A stretch of DNA of 64,000 bases from Hydrolagus affinis (taxonomy: Eukaryota). The stretch lies in NCBI GenBank assembly GCA_012026655.1, contig JAAILG010001047.1, positions 1 through 64,000 on the forward strand, in the 5' to 3' direction. The number at the start of each line of letters is the position of its first letter. Position 1 is the first letter of the stretch. The notes beneath the pieces are model-generated. The model saw nothing but the letters and a program-made list of their open reading frames with translations, did not search any database and had not been told where the DNA came from. Below, in pieces: positions 11,955 through 25,790 of this stretch. A program made the position numbers and the translations under genes.

Positions 11955-12493
11955 AAATAGGCTGCAGATTGTCCAGAACTCTGCAGCCCATGTCTTCTCC
12001 CGCACCAGGATCCGTGAACCTATCACCCCCGTCCTCCCCCACTCCTCTGGCTTCCTATCACACAGAAGATTAAATTCCAAATCCTGGTCCTCACCTTCAG
12101 AGTCCTCCATAGCCTCGCCTCCCACCCCCAACTCTGTGACCTCCTAACCCACTACCAACCTGTCCGTTCCCACTGCTCAGCAGGCTCTGGCCTGCTGTAC
12201 GTCGGCCGCCCCACTCACTCCACCATCGGCAGGCGAGCCTTCAGTCACTCTGCTCCCAACCATCTGGATTCCACCCTACAATCCCTCTGCCTCTCCCTCT
12301 CCCCCTCCCTAGCCTCCTCAAGTGCTGCCTCAAGGCCCTCCTCTTCAACCAAGCCATTGGTCACCACTATTTCCCCTTACTTCCCCTCCACTTTCCCGGT
12401 TCCCAGTTCGGGTCCAAAACACTGACTGTCCAGTTCCTTGGAACGTTCTCCCAACGTGAAAGGCACTATACAAATGTAATTTTGTTGTTGTTG
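11955..12493 (+). mobile_element. L2 family-A 3' fragment
   Basis: LQIVQNSAAHVFSRTRIREPITPVL (L2 ORF2 C-terminus), ending in the stem-loop and (TTG)n. Confidence 0.9.
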
Positions 12494-13697
12494 TGTGAGT
12501 CATCTTTCCCGTGCAAAACTGTTTTGAGGATGACGATATATTTTGTACCAGTGTCTCACATAACAGAAGAATTAGACAGTCACCTACATTAACAAAATAT
12601 TCTGAGAGGTAATTTTAGTGAACGTAAAGGCATTCTTTTAGCAAAGCAGCATCACCGTATTGCATTGCAACACGCTCCTGCACATCACTCAGTCTGAACT
12701 ACCTCATACCACCAGCTGAGCTAAAAGGTTATATAACAAGAAAAGACGGGAATCATAACACGCATGTGTAAAAGATTACTGAAATCAAATCCACTTGTAA
12801 ATTGCAGTGTGGTTGGTAGCCAAGCTCAGGATTACAGCAGCTCCTCGAGCCATGCCATTAGACTGTTGATCCTGCCTCAGAAAGCTATGTCCTGTGCTAG
12901 GAGGTAAACATTTAGCAATTGACAGTAATAATGTTAATATTATTATAAAATTCAAGTATAGGGCAACTCTGGACTTTTGAGACATCAAGTTGTTGTTAAT
13001 ATCACTTCCTATATGTTGTACATGTGCGTGCTTTGAACAGGAAATGTCACCAATGTCACTTTCTATACACTGCACATTTGCAAAATACTTCACATTATTT
13101 CACAATCCAGCCTAGAATCAATTTAGTGTTGATTTTTAGCTCATTTTCACTGAAAACAAAACTGGTGCTCAAGGTAGAATAAAAGTCTTTTTTCAGCCAT
13201 TTGTCAATCTTGCCCATTTTGCCTCATGTTTGTGAATGAACTCTCCAAAATTATCTAAGCAGCATGTGTCCCTCCAGGGAGAGTACACATTCCATTCCAG
13301 ACCCAAGGAGATTTTCATGTATAGGTGGTATACATTAGTGGAACTCTCATTCTGGTTTGGATACTCTGGAGCACAGTAATGAGTTTTTGTATATGTCTGA
13401 TACTGTACTTGGCTGACCAAAAATAAACAGCCTTTTGGTTTGGGTGTAGATTATATATGTACCTCAAGAAACACAGGGCAACACACCAATCCAGTGTGCA
13501 ACAATGCAATAACATATCTGGAGGGACTCAATTTACATGTCACCTCAAACTCAGAAAGCTGCCTCATCCTCAGCTATTCTGTATAAATACACATAACCCA
13601 TATCATTTAGCATTCGTGATTGTTTTCCACTTCAAATTTTGTGGGTGAAATTTCACGGTGAACAGCGATGAGTGGGGATATTGGGTATAAGCGTTTT

Positions 13698-13775
13698 AAT
13701 GATAATAACAATCATCCTTGCATTTGATATAGTGCTTTTCACGTCTTCTAGACGTCTCAAAAGCGCTTCACAGAG
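13698..13775 (-). mobile_element. SINE/L2 family-C 3' end only
   Basis: ATCCTTGCATTTGATATAGTGCTTTTCACGTCTTCTAGACGTCTCAAAAGCGCTTCACAG. Confidence 0.8.
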
Positions 13776-14574
13776 CTTTGATCAATAATGGGAAGACAAT
13801 AGGTTGGGGTATTGTGGAAAGGTGAGATCAAATGGTTGAAGGTTCATCCGAACCTCTCTTGTGATCTTGGAACACAGTACAGTAACTCAGCAATAGTTTC
13901 AGGCAAGATTTGACCATTGGTCTGTCAAGCTATGTATCAGACTCTCTAAAACATTCCTTCAACACATTTATGTAATCACCTAGTAATTCCCAAACTTTTT
14001 TTTTAATATCCAGGAACTTGTCTAGTTTCTTTTTGAAACTCTTTATACTTCCTTCTTCCACCACCTGTACTGGTAATTAGTTCCATATGTTCTCACTCTT
14101 TACCTAAAGAATGTCCCACGTTGTGTATTATAGATTTAATCGGCAGCTTCTCCAGTAAATCCATTTTTATCCCAACACAACTTTCCCAATTTCACCCCTC
14201 TCACTGCCTTAGAAAGTCAACTCTCCTGAAAATCGACACATTAATGGCATTGCAACCACTTCCTGCCCTTTTACTTTTGTGTCTAATGGAGAAACAAAAT
14301 AGTTACGTAATCCATTTCTGTCTGAGCATCACAGATTAGCTGAGAAGCTGCAGATGTAAGCCTAATGACTGAACAAGGATTTGTGCATCTGTTGTGGGAA
14401 TTTAGCACACCAGGAAGCAGTTAGGTATAAGTTGATGTAAGCACTAAAACAGATGGTGTACCAACACTCTAATTAATGGCTATATTTTAAGTGTGTTTTC
14501 AATATCGGATAATGTACACATGTGACACTATTTTTTATTTGAAAAAAAAGATCTGTCCATACAAAATTCTATAC

Positions 14575-14971
14575 TTCCATTACCCCAGTCCTTGTCAAAC
14601 TCCATTGGCTCCCTATCACTGAGTAGATCGATTTCAAAATCCTCACTCTTGTATTTAAATCAATTTATTCAACACACTATTACTCCCTCCACTGCCTCCA
14701 CTGGACTGGCTCCAGCCACCCCTTCTCCCCTGGTTCCCCTACCGCACCATTGGCGGTCATGCCCCCCAAGCTGTGGAATTCTAACTCAATCCCTTTGCCT
14801 TGTCCTCACTGTGCCCATTTTCAGGTTGCGCATGAAAACCTTCCATTTCGACTATGCCCACTGTCACCTTCCCTCTCCCCTTGGTTCAGCATTGGGCTCT
14901 GACTCTGTTAAGTGCTCCAAGACACCATCTGGAGTGAAACCCGTAATATAAATCCAAATTGTTGTTGTTGT
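14575..14971 (+). mobile_element. L2 family-B 3' fragment
   Basis: CCATTACCCCAGTCCTTG...GATTTCAAAATCCTC...AAGCTGTGGAATTC, ending in stem-loop and (TTG)n. Confidence 0.85.
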
Positions 14972-15403
14972 AAGATTCCTCGCGGTGGTACATTGCCTCC
15001 CCTGTAAATCCAGTTTTACTAGAGTTGATTACAAAATTACACGTGAAGGAGTGTAAGAGTTCTTGGAGTACCTTTACAAAATTCATTAAAATTAAATGGT
15101 ATTTGATGCTGGTTGACATGGAAGTCATGTGCATGCAGATTTCAGCTTCAGTTCTTCCTGCCTCCAGTTTCTCTCTCTGCACAAGTGCATCGCTCCCCTT
15201 AGCCCTAGATGAAAACAATTCGGATCTGGCAAGTATAAATCCAGCTTCCTCCTTGCACATCACATCGCTTCAGGTAGCATCAAAGAGGCAGAATTATTTC
15301 CACCAACAAAAATATCAAATCCACTTACTCCAAAACCACATTCATTACTAGCATGCAACACGGTCCAGTTATCCATGTATTGGGAATCAGCTGGCATACT
15401 TAC

Positions 15404-15481
15404 CCTGACAAAATGTGGCATTAACTTTCTTGTAGCCCAAGGGACACTCCATCATCTGTCCATTGCCAATTCTCGAGAGAG
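15404..15481 (-). CDS. LTBP1: LTBP1 small exon between hybrid domain and first cbEGF (absent from the ORF track)
   Basis: Acceptor TTTATTTCAATTTCAG|CT; (S)LSRIGNGQMMECPLGYKKVNATFCQ(D), like recalled human QMMECLPGYKRVNNTFCQD; donor G|GTAAGT; 78 nt, phase 1-1. Confidence 0.94.
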
Positions 15482-15596
15482 CTGAAATTGAAATAAAATA
15501 ACAATTAACAAATTTCACATTACTGTTCCCTCTCGCTGCGGCTGAAAACAAGGGTACAAAGTCCCAAACGCTCTGCAGATGCAGGTACTAACAAAA

Positions 15597-16206
15597 ACAA
15601 TATCTCACCCCTAAAGCTGCCAAAACCCTGGTCCATGCCTTGTCACCTTTCGGCTGGACTATTCCAATGCCATCCTTGCGTGTTTCCCTTCCGCCACCAT
15701 ACACAAGATCCAGCCCATACCGAACTCCGCCGCCCAAACTCTCACCTGAACTAAACTTCACTTCTCAATTACCCCAGACATTGCCAGACTTCAATGACTT
15801 CTGGTCACAGAGCAGATCAATGTCAATATCCTCACTCTCGTGTTTAAATCCCTCCACTCCTCTGCACCCCCCCTACCTCTCTAACTTCTTCTCTCCTCAT
15901 ATCAGTACCCACTGCCTCTGATCTACTGGGTCTGACCTCTTCCTTGTTCCCCCGAATCCTCCGCTCCACCGTCAGGGGCCATGCATTCAGCCACTATGTC
16001 TTGAAGCTCTGGAACTCCCACCCTCAATCCCTTCGCATCACACCCTCCTTTTCCATTTTCAAGTTGCGCTTGAAGACCTTTCTGTTCGACCGCACCTTCG
16101 GTCACCTTCCCCTCCCACTGGCTTGGCCCTGGGCTCCACTATTGTGAAGCGCTCTGAGACGCCATCTGGTGTGGCGGGCGCTATATAAATTCAAGTTGTT
16201 GTTGTA
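15597..16206 (+). mobile_element. L2 family-B 3' fragment
   Basis: YLTPKAAKTLVHA..RLDYSNA-type ORF2 remnants; ends AAGCGCTCTGAGACGCC...GGGCGCTATATAAATTCAAG(TTG)n. Confidence 0.9.
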
Positions 16207-16285
16207 TAAATCCATATCAAGGCTGGTATTTTACAACAACTTGCATTTAGCGCCCTTCATGCAGGGTATCACCCAGAGCAATCGA

Positions 16286-16440
16286 TAATGATAATAATAA
16301 TCCTTGCATTTGATATAGTGCTTTTCACGTCTTCTACACGTTTCAAAGCGCTTCACAGAATATACTGTAAAGTGAATTGACTGTATATTTGTGGGGAAAA
16401 CGTGGCAGCCAATTGCACACAGCAGTATCCCCACAAACAC
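16286..16440 (-). mobile_element. tRNA-SINE 3' half
   Basis: Near-identical to the 3' half of 28310-28625, in reverse orientation. Confidence 0.88.
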
Positions 16441-16829
16441 AAAAAAGGAGCACTCAGCCGCATGCTAATGAATTTTCCAACTATCGAATGCGCTGACTCA
16501 CATTAATGAATTTTTGCCTAAACAATGTACAGTATAAAAATGTTGCTGATCTACCTGTATTGGTACTTTCTCACAAACTAAAACATTTTGCTAATGGATG
16601 AATTCCCACAGTGACTGGTTGTACTGTGCAATAACAGTTTCCTTCACGCCACTTTCAGCACTCTCTTCCTTTGCGCACACACACACACATCCACGCATGC
16701 ACACCCATGCACGCAAACAAAAGTGTATTGTATTTGAGATGCTTTCTATAGAGATTTTTTTTTCAGTGCAGACACGCCTTAAAACATGTGCATTATCAAA
16801 GGACATTGTAGTACATCAGTAATAAGGCA

Positions 16830-17420
16830 TGGTTACCATATGAAACAGTGTGCGGCCGTAATAAACAAAGCAAACAGGATGCTGGGCTACATTGCCAAAT
16901 CAGTTGATGTCAGTACTGTACTGCATCCAGGTCTGTAAAATAAGTTGCTGCTGCAATTCTAATCACTGTAAAATAAGGAGCCCCAGAGGAAAGTCAAGAG
17001 GATGATTTGCTAGAGTCAGAAGCATGAGTTGTAAGGAACAGGTAAAAAAGGAGCTACGATTCTTCAGCCTTGAAAAGAGAAATTCCCAGGGGGAATCTTA
17101 TAGAGGCAAAAACAATCCTAAATGAGAAAAAGAAATTGAACCTAGAACGATACCTTCAAATATGCCAAGACAGCAGGAAAAGAGAGCACAGATTCAAGGT
17201 TATATACGGTTCTTTCATGACCAAGAACTATTTCTTTAAACAGATGATTAACAGCTGCAACAGGTTATTAGGAAGGGTGATTAAGGACAGACGCCTGCAC
17301 TCATTTATGAACCAGCTTGACACTGTAATGAGAAGACGGGAGGGTGGATATTCTGGAAGAATAATATCATATGGGCAGAAGGCAGGCCTTCCTCACCCAA
17401 ACGTCTCTTGTGATCTTGTA
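16830..17420 (+). mobile_element. Old CR1 LINE 3' fragment
   Basis: AAAGCAAACAGGATGCTGGGCTACATT (KANRMLGYI), TTCTTCAGCCTTGAAAAGAGA...GGGAATCTTATAGAG (FFSLEKR..GNLIE), ATGGGCAGAAGG 3' UTR. Confidence 0.8.
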
Positions 17421-18054
17421 GCAGTCAGCATTACTCAGACTAGTTTAGGAGATCAAAGATGATACAGCGCACATTCCGTTGATATTCCCACACAATTGGT
17501 TTTGTCAGGACTACAACTGGCTGTAATGAACCTTCCAGCAAGCTTTGCATTAGAGAAGGTGACTGAGTTGGCTGCTCTGTCTGACTTAAATCAGCAGGCT
17601 TGCCAGTAATACAAAACATACCATCCTGCTGCAAGAGTCATTATAGCAGTTATGTTACAGTAAAGAGGCTATGAAGGTTAACATAATGAAGCCTGTACAA
17701 TTTGTACAATTCTGAAGGTTAATGAAATGAAATAGCCATGACTGGTAATCTAACCAGGACTCAGGATCTCTGTGGAGCGCTTTGCTTTGAGACGTCTCGA
17801 AGACATGATAAGGGTGTTATATTAAATTCAAGGATTATTATTATCTCAATAAGTATTATAGAGTCGATGATGGAGAGGCTTGAAACAATATTCAAATTAG
17901 ATGGCAAGGTTGAAATCATTCCATACAATGTTCAATATGATTAATAGAGTTGTTTATAAAATCAACATTGGTCCTAAAGTTTACAGGATGTGGAAATAGA
18001 ATACTCTCTCTCTCTTTTTACTAAGTGTCAGCAATAGATATTCTCCATGCAGTA

Positions 18055-18780
18055 CAACAACAACTTGCGTTTATGTAGAGCTCTTCACATGGAATCTTGT
18101 TGGGTGTGCTTAACAAGGGCAGTGCCAGCTGGGAGCAGATAGTGGGTAGTGTAGTGGGACGTAAGCAGGTCAGAGAGGAAGGGAGCTGAAAAGCGAATAA
18201 AGTGATTTGTGCAGGAGTGTGAAAATGTTGAAGTTGACCAATTATTTAATAGGGAGCCAGTGGACTCTGGCAAATACAGGAGTTTTGAATTACAGTAATT
18301 GGATTTTATGAATGGTGGAACTGAAGGAGACCGGTGAGGAAGGCATCAGATAATCAAGGCAGGAGTTGACAAATGCATGGATAAGGATTTTGGCTACACT
18401 GGCTGTTAGGGACAGTCTGAGACAGAGGTTGAGAAAAGTGGTCTTGGTCAGCGGCCAGATTCAGTAAGTCTGAGACATAGGCTGGGGTAGGTTATGGAAT
18501 TGGAGCTACAAGTTAGAAATTGTTGATGGGAGCCAAGAAGTGTGGCTTCTATCTTGTCAACGTTCTACAGGAAGGGGCACTCATCCAGGCCTTGATGTCT
18601 GATAAACAAGAGGACAGAACATCAGTGGATTTGGGTCACAGTTGGAGAAGAAGAAGTAGATTTGGGTGTCATCACATACATGTGGAAAACATCCCTGATC
18701 TCTAATAGAGAGCATGTAAATCAGGAAAAAGAGGGACCTTAAATAAGTCCTTGGGGTATGCTGCAGGTGACCCAGTAGGG
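18055..18780 (-). mobile_element. Old L2 fragment
   Basis: CAACAACAACTTGC tail; minus strand near 18650-18760 gives FLIYML..CDDTQIY, a decayed RT motif. Confidence 0.7.
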
Positions 18781-19048
18781 GCAGGAGGACAAAGCAGGTC
18801 ACCTTTGCTCTCCCCACACTTTTCAGCTGCAAACATCCAGCTCAAGGTCTCAGCCAGCCATGTGAACTGCTTTCAGATGCATTCCCTAAAGGTGAAAGGT
18901 GATCTATGAATATAAATTGTATTGTTTTGTAACTTTCTGGGTTGCACTGGAATCTGTGCTTGTATGCCTAAGTGTTTGGCTATGCACATGTGTCGGGATA
19001 TGCATGTTTGTGCATGTGGGTTTGTCTGCACGCGTCTGTGTCTGTTTA

Positions 19049-19451
19049 CAACAACAACAACTTTGATTTATATAGCGCCCTCGACGCCGGACGGCGTCTC
19101 AGAGCGCTTCACAATGGTGGATCCCGGGACCGAGCCAGAGGCAGGGGTAGAAAAGTGACCAAAGGCGTGGTCGAAGAGAAAGGTCTTCAGTTGGGACCTG
19201 AAACTGAGAAAGGAGGGGGCAAGATGAAGGTAGTGAGGAAGGGAGTTCCAGAGCTTTGGGGCACCTAGGGTGGAGCAGAGGATTTGGGGGACATGGAGGA
19301 GGCCAGACCCGGTGGAGCGAAGGCAACGGGAGCTGGTTTGAGGAGAGAGGTGGTCAGAGAGGTAGGGGGGTGGCAGAGGAGTGGAGGAATTTGAAAACAA
19401 GGGTGAGGATCTTGAAGTCGATCCTCTCAGGGATAGGGAGCCAGATAGGGA
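19049..19451 (-). mobile_element. L2 family-B 3' fragment inside a TG-rich tract
   Basis: [18 protein letters not shown]-type ORF2 end, intact stem-loop GACGCCGTCCGGCGTC, (CAA)n; possible GTTTA duplication at both flanks. Confidence 0.92.
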
Positions 19452-21654
19452 GTTTATGTGTGTATCTCCGTGTTGTATGTGTATGTATGTGTGTACCTGA
19501 ATATGTACATGTCTTTGTGTGCATATTGCATCTGTGTATTGTGTTTGGGTGCTCTGTGTTTGTACGTATGTGTGTGTCTCTCTTATTGTTCATTCTTACG
19601 CCAGGAGCAGTTGCCATGAGCACCAGACATGAACTGCTGAATGAATCCACGACAAAGCTTCAATCTAATAAATCTAACATGCCAACATAGCTGCACGTTA
19701 AAGAATAATCTGCAGCTCATGATGAGGAATTCCCACAACCTTGTAGGATGGAATTGTTGTACATTCTTCTCACTGTGACGCTCAGTCTGGAGTTGTTGTC
19801 CACAGGGGAAGCACAGTGAAGCCCATCCACTCTGATGTCTCCCATTTTCACAAAGCTCTGTTGTTGAGCCGAGCAAAGAGTTTAAAAGGGCTAACAAGTC
19901 TTCGGAAGCAAACTTATGTCAGTCCTAAAATTAATCAACAAAAATCATTTCACAAGCAGTTTTACAAAAAAAAAGCAGAATTAATGACCCATATTATGCG
20001 GGTTGTGACTTTTTTGTAAAAAAAAAGAATCCTATTCGGCCACCTCTGCATAATTTTATTGTAAGTTGATTGAAATTAACAATGGCCCCTTTCTTCAGTG
20101 TTCTCCCTGAGCGCTAAGTAGACAAAGGTGAAAGGGATTAAACTGTACTTTGTGAACAGGCAGATATGGACAGCTTTTTAAAGGCACACACCAATTATGT
20201 TGTCATGGGAACCCCCTCAACACAAGAAGACTTGCTCCAGCCTGGATCATTTTGTCACTGACTTGCCATCATAAGCAGAGAGCGCCACTCATTCCACAAT
20301 GTAAATGAATCTTCTCAATTTTCTAATGATATTCACAGTTTTCATCAATATTACAGGAAAAAAAACAATCCCCTGTGACAGTCAGGACTGCCATACCACC
20401 AACCAGGCATAAGCAGAAAGCCAGTGGGAGAGCCTAGCCAGTGGCTCCTCCGATCGCAGTGACCAACATCATAAACTCTACCGGTGGCAGGTTGTGCTGC
20501 TCACAGTGCAGTCAACAAGAGTTACACCATATGGATATGATGTGAAGGAAGCAGAACTCTCTTACAACAGCTTAACTTATGGTTCAGTGTTCTTTTCAAG
20601 ATGGAGACATTGGCAGAGGCCACCTGGATTTACCAAAGACAGTTTGTGTATGTTTCAAAGCTCAACTGTACACAGGACAATAATAATACATCACTAAATA
20701 TATACCACACTACGTGTTCAGTTAGGACTGCATTACAATGACATTTGCTCATGGAGTTGAAGAAATTACTCACTCATTTCATTGCTAAAGAAAAACTTCC
20801 TGATATCTTGTCCTGAAATGGCCCTTAACAACTCTAAACCTCAAAACTGAGGAGTGGTTCACTCCCAACAGGGAAACTAGTTGAAGCACAGGCTCAATAT
20901 GTCACGTGTGTTTTTTTAATGCAGATGTCTCTATCTTTCTAAGATCTAGCACTGAGAGGTCAGGTATACCAAAGGCTAGATGAAAAGTAAATCTCCATAT
21001 ACTCCCACCAATCTTCCCAAACCTTGAACTCAGAAAAGCATCCTATTGTACCAGTGAGTTACATTCCGATTCCTCTACCACTCGTCTGTGTGGCCTTTAA
21101 GAATGAGATGACCATTTTGCCCCAACCTGTGAGCAGTTGTGTCACACTTACAAGGCTGATATCACTAAAGGCAATTTACTTGGAACTCAATGGCTCAATG
21201 GCTGGCAGAAAGCAGCCGATTATTTGCTCAACTTGCACAGAGCTCTCCTCAGACTGAGCAAGACTATATTTTGCAATGATCACAAGATGTTTGGATAAAG
21301 CAGCTTATTTGGTCCATTTGACCTAATTTTCCAGAAAACCCACTTTACTGTTTCCCTTCCTCCCGTATTACATCAGCTAAAGTAGTAATGCCAATACAAT
21401 TGCTCCAAACATGTCCTGTAGTTCTTTTCCTCGACATATCCGTCAGCTATTATTACATATTGTTACTTTGTGAATTCCAATTAAACCAGAAAGCCTACCA
21501 TATCCCATCAACCCCCTGCACCCCTCCCCCCAACACACACACACAGGAAGAAATTTAAATTACTATGCAAAAGACCATTCCTCACAGAGATTCAAAGGTG
21601 CAGCGTAAACAGTGTAAAATTCTCCACCCCCCCATTAAATTACACAGTGTAAAC

Positions 21655-21850
21655 ATACAAATACAATACAAATTTATATAGGACCTTTCACTTAAGGAGG
21701 ATGACCTAGGACACTTAACAGTACTGAAGGAGGGAGCGAGTCGGAGAAACTAGGATAAGAGTTCCAGACAGTGGAGGCATATAGGCTGAAAACCTATGTT
21801 GGGGCGGTAGGGCAGGGATCATGAAGCAGGCCAGAGCCCGCTGAGCATAA
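21655..21850 (-). mobile_element. L2 family-A 3' fragment
   Basis: TTTATATAGGACCTTTCAC...GGAGGATGACCTAGG and GAGTTCCAGACAGTGG. Confidence 0.65.
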
Positions 21851-22669
21851 TAACTGAAGTTTGTAACCTTATTGAATAGACAGGCACGTTTGCTGTAAAC
21901 AACACAGTTAAATAAACAAAACTAACCAAACTAATTAGAAGAGACGTGGTAATCAGAAAGCCATTGACGCACATCTATCACTCTGACTTTTCTAATCTGC
22001 TTAATAGGGAACCATATCAAAGCATGTTATTATTATTATTGTTATTATTATGTCATGAGAACTAAATTGTTGCTTGCAGGCATAGTTTAGGAGAATGAGC
22101 TCAGGAAATAAATATTTGGTTGGTTCTGGTAAGAAGGGAACAAGTGAGAATTGTAACTACAAGTGAGCTTTATAAAAAGGATAATAAGAAGAAAGCAAAA
22201 CCCAGCAATAGAACTTTAAGACCTTCTTCTGGCTGTTTTAAATGACCACTGTAACCTCCTCAGACCTCCACATACTTATTTCTATAAATAAAAGAATAAG
22301 ATACTATCTGGTGTACACCACATTTTATTTCTCTTTAGTTAACAACCAATCCAATATTCACCTCATTAGAACCACTGGCTTTGAAATTGCCCATTAAAAA
22401 CTAATCTAGATTTCATCAAACAGAAAATTCATCAGCAGCTGTGTGCCTTGAAGACATCACATGGAAAGATAATACATTGTAATTAAAGAACAACATAAAA
22501 AAGCAGCCAGCATTGCTCGATTGTTGCACATTTCGTATAAGACTGTGGTTAACAGCATTGAATTCAGTCTATTGCTCAGTTCCAAACATAGTGAAATATC
22601 GGCAGTTGGAAGTGCAAAAAGACGAGGAATGGCAGCCAATGCAGGTTCAGAAGAGGGGTAGATAACTTC

Positions 22670-23400
22670 TGACCAACCTTACAGACATTTTTTGGAGGTG
22701 GTATCCCAAACTGAGTGGGAAACTATATAACGCACAGTACCAAGACTTCCAAAAAGTGTTTGACGAAGTACCACATGAAAGATTCATTCATAAACTGATG
22801 TCACTGTGTATCAAGGGTTAGGGGAGCTATAGGTGAAATTGGAGAGGCGGTATTAGACAGGGCATCTCAGCGGTCTGCGTTGTTATCACTCCTGTTCCTT
22901 ATCTATGTTAATGACCCAGATTTGCAGATAACAAGTTGAGGATCAAGGGTGGAATCTGGGAAGATAGCAAAGTTCTTACAAAGAAGCAGGAAGCAAAAAT
23001 AGAAACACAAGTGCTCTGTGGATTAGGATCGAACTTGCAAAGAGGGAAGCTGAAAGAAATCTAGGATTATGAGTTGATTCATTGCTCAACTATGTAAAAA
23101 AAAGTGTGAGACAGCAATAAACATGGCTCTATTATCAAATCGATTTGAGTTCAGATCCCAAGAAGCTTTATAGCGCTCTCTCGTCAGGCTGTACTGAGAA
23201 TTCTGCACACAGTGCTGGTCAATGTGACACAGGGGCACTGCCAAATCCAAGATTGCAGCGCAAAGGAAACAACAACAAGGATGATTCCCAATGTTAGAGG
23301 AATGAGCTATGGCAAGCTCATAGGATTTAGGCAAGCTATGATTCTTCAGTCTTGAACAGAGATGTCTCAGAAGTGACCTTATGGAATATCACAATACTTT
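22670..23400 (+). mobile_element. Old CR1 ORF2 fragments
   Basis: DFQKVFDEVPHER at about 22744, LLFLIYVND at about 22890, FSLEQR..RSDL at about 23345. Confidence 0.75.
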
Positions 23401-23584
23401 TATGTTGTAAAATTCCACGATTCTACACCCAACACAAATGTGAGGACAACTTAAATGAGCTCTCCCTGTATTGTAAATCGGTTATTCGATAAAATATGGA
23501 AAGATATTATCTCAGATATTTTGTGCTGTTGAAAACTGGGCTGTTGGCAGTGAAAGCCCTTACTGATGAAACATCAGAACTCCT

Positions 23585-23945
23585 TAATAATCATTCTTAC
23601 AATTGATGTTGTGTTTTATCATGTTTTCTATAAAGTATAATGTATTTCTAGGCAAATGCAGAACCCTTGGGCCTCGTATTCTCTTTCAAACAGGCAGGAA
23701 TTAATTTAACTGGAGAATTATTGAGAAAAACACTAGTGTAAAACTGCCTTCTCTAATATTGTCATGGGATCTTTTAACATCCATCTGAACAGGCAGACAG
23801 GATCTTGGTTTAATATTTAATTTGACAACACAGCACTCCATAGGACTGCTTTGAAGCCCGCACTTATCAGCTCAATGTACACAACGCGGGACTTGAACTC
23901 ACAAAACTTCATTTCCCAGAGGCAAGAACGGTTACAACTGAATAA
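23585..23945 (-). mobile_element. Old Deu-type SINE
   Basis: GTCATGGGATCTTTTAACATCCATCTGAACAGGCAGACAGG...GGTTTAA and GGGACTTGAACTCACAA head. Confidence 0.72.
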
Positions 23946-24499
23946 AGTAGAACTAGAAGTGACTAGGTTTCAAGTCCTCATCACTGGAGGAGATGGTAAT
24001 TGGTTCAAAATGTACAGTGCTTGGGTTTCACTGTAGAGGGGGGAATCAGCAGCCGAGTTGCTTTTCCCTTCTCAGTATAGCTAAACTTGTCAGAAAGTTA
24101 CTAATACAACCAAAACTGTAAAGAATGATCAAATCTGCAGAAACTGATGAAACAGAATACAGCATGAGTGATTTTTTTTCAGAACCAAAACACTTCAGAG
24201 CAACAAAGTTTAGTAATTATACCTAGTATCCTCTTACCACTTTCCTGTACAGGCAAGTGCAGAACCACATTTAAGACAGATATGTGTGACGGACATGCCA
24301 TTCCTAAATTTCTCCAAACCTAAATTTGTCAATTTGAAATGCTGTACTTTAAATTAACATGTCAGAACAATGGAGAACAGGAGCTAGGATTAGCTTGAAG
24401 CTGTTAGTCAAAACTCACGCCGCCCTCCACAAGTCACAGGGATCTAATTTGTGATATTTAAAAACAAGAACTTTTATTTTATAGAATCTTATCATATAG

Positions 24500-24787
24500 G
24501 TCACAGATTTAAAATAGTTTCTAAAAGAAGCAGAGGGGATGGTGAGAAGAAATGTTTTCACTCAGCGAGTTGTTCGAATCTGGAATGCATTGCCTGAAAA
24601 GGTGGTGGAGGCCGATTCGATAACAACGTTTAAAAGAGAGGTAGACATTTATTTGGGGAGGACAGGTTAGCGAGGTTATGGGGAGAGAGCTGGGGAGTGG
24701 GATTGAGTTGCTCTTTTCAAAGAGCCGGCACAGACTCGATGGCCCAAATTGCCTCCTTTTGTGTCGTAAGATTCTATGATTCTATGA
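24500..24787 (+). mobile_element. Young CR1-clade LINE 3' end
   Basis: RRNVFTQRVVRIWNALPEKVVEADSITTFKREVD ORF2 end and ATTCTATG ATTCTATG tail; close copy at 54390-54640. Confidence 0.92.
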
Positions 24788-25344
24788 ACTGTCTGAATTA
24801 GTGCTATAGACTATGTTTTCTTATGTTTTCTCATCATTTTCAGTTTCCAAAGGGGATGGGAAATGCTAATTTTGATATTGGCCACATCAGTGTGATGTGG
24901 TGGTCAAGGAAGGATCCATTTTAGCTTTCGAAAGGCAACTTGAGAATTGTCATTTGCTGCCTTATGGGGAAAAAGACAGGTAAATGGGATTGAATGGATT
25001 GTTCTCAAAGAATCAGCACAAATATAATGGGCCTAAAGGGTTTCATCTGCACTGTATATTTCTATAGTTCTTCAGTACTGATTTAGTCGACTCCAGTGGT
25101 CAGGTTAGGGGAATTTTATTGTTGTTAATAATTTCTTTAAAAAATTGATTAAATGTGAAAAATTAGTCTGAAAAGAGTAACCTGTTAGCTTTGGGAAAAT
25201 GGTTGTAAGTTTCCAAATTATTATTATGGGATACAGTGGCTTTTGGAAATTGCAATGGCTTCTGGAATTACATTGCAGTTGCAATGCCCTCCTCACTGTC
25301 CTCCTCAGTTAAATCATTCATTAAACCCAATTAATTAAAAAATA

Positions 25345-25790
25345 ATTCCAGTACCCTTCTCTGCACTATACTAAACTCCACACCCCTGTCACCCACTCTT
25401 TGCCAGGCTTCAGTGGTTCGCTACTGCAGAATGACTTGATTTCAAGATCCTTCAAATCAGTTCATGTCCTAGCAACTCTCTACCTCTCCGACTGCTTACA
25501 CCTCACTCCTCTAGCCACCCACTTTGCTTAGCTCGGGATCTCCTGCACATCTCTGCTCTACTGTTGTTGGCAGCCGTGCTTTCAGGCACTATGTCCTGAC
25601 TCTCTGGATCTCTCTGCTTGAATCCCTCCACCTTGTTCCTCTTTACTGGTACTCAGATCACGCCCAAAGAACCTTCTTCTTCAACCTGACCTTATGGTCA
25701 TCTCCCCTTTCCCCACATCTCAGCATCAAACTCCACCACAGTGAAGAGCTCTTTGGCACTACGCAGTGTAAAGGACACAAATAGTTGAAT
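25345..25790 (+). mobile_element. Old L2 family-B fragment
   Basis: GATTTCAAGATCC, CGTGCTTTCAGGCACTATG and a degenerate 3' stem-loop. Confidence 0.7.
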
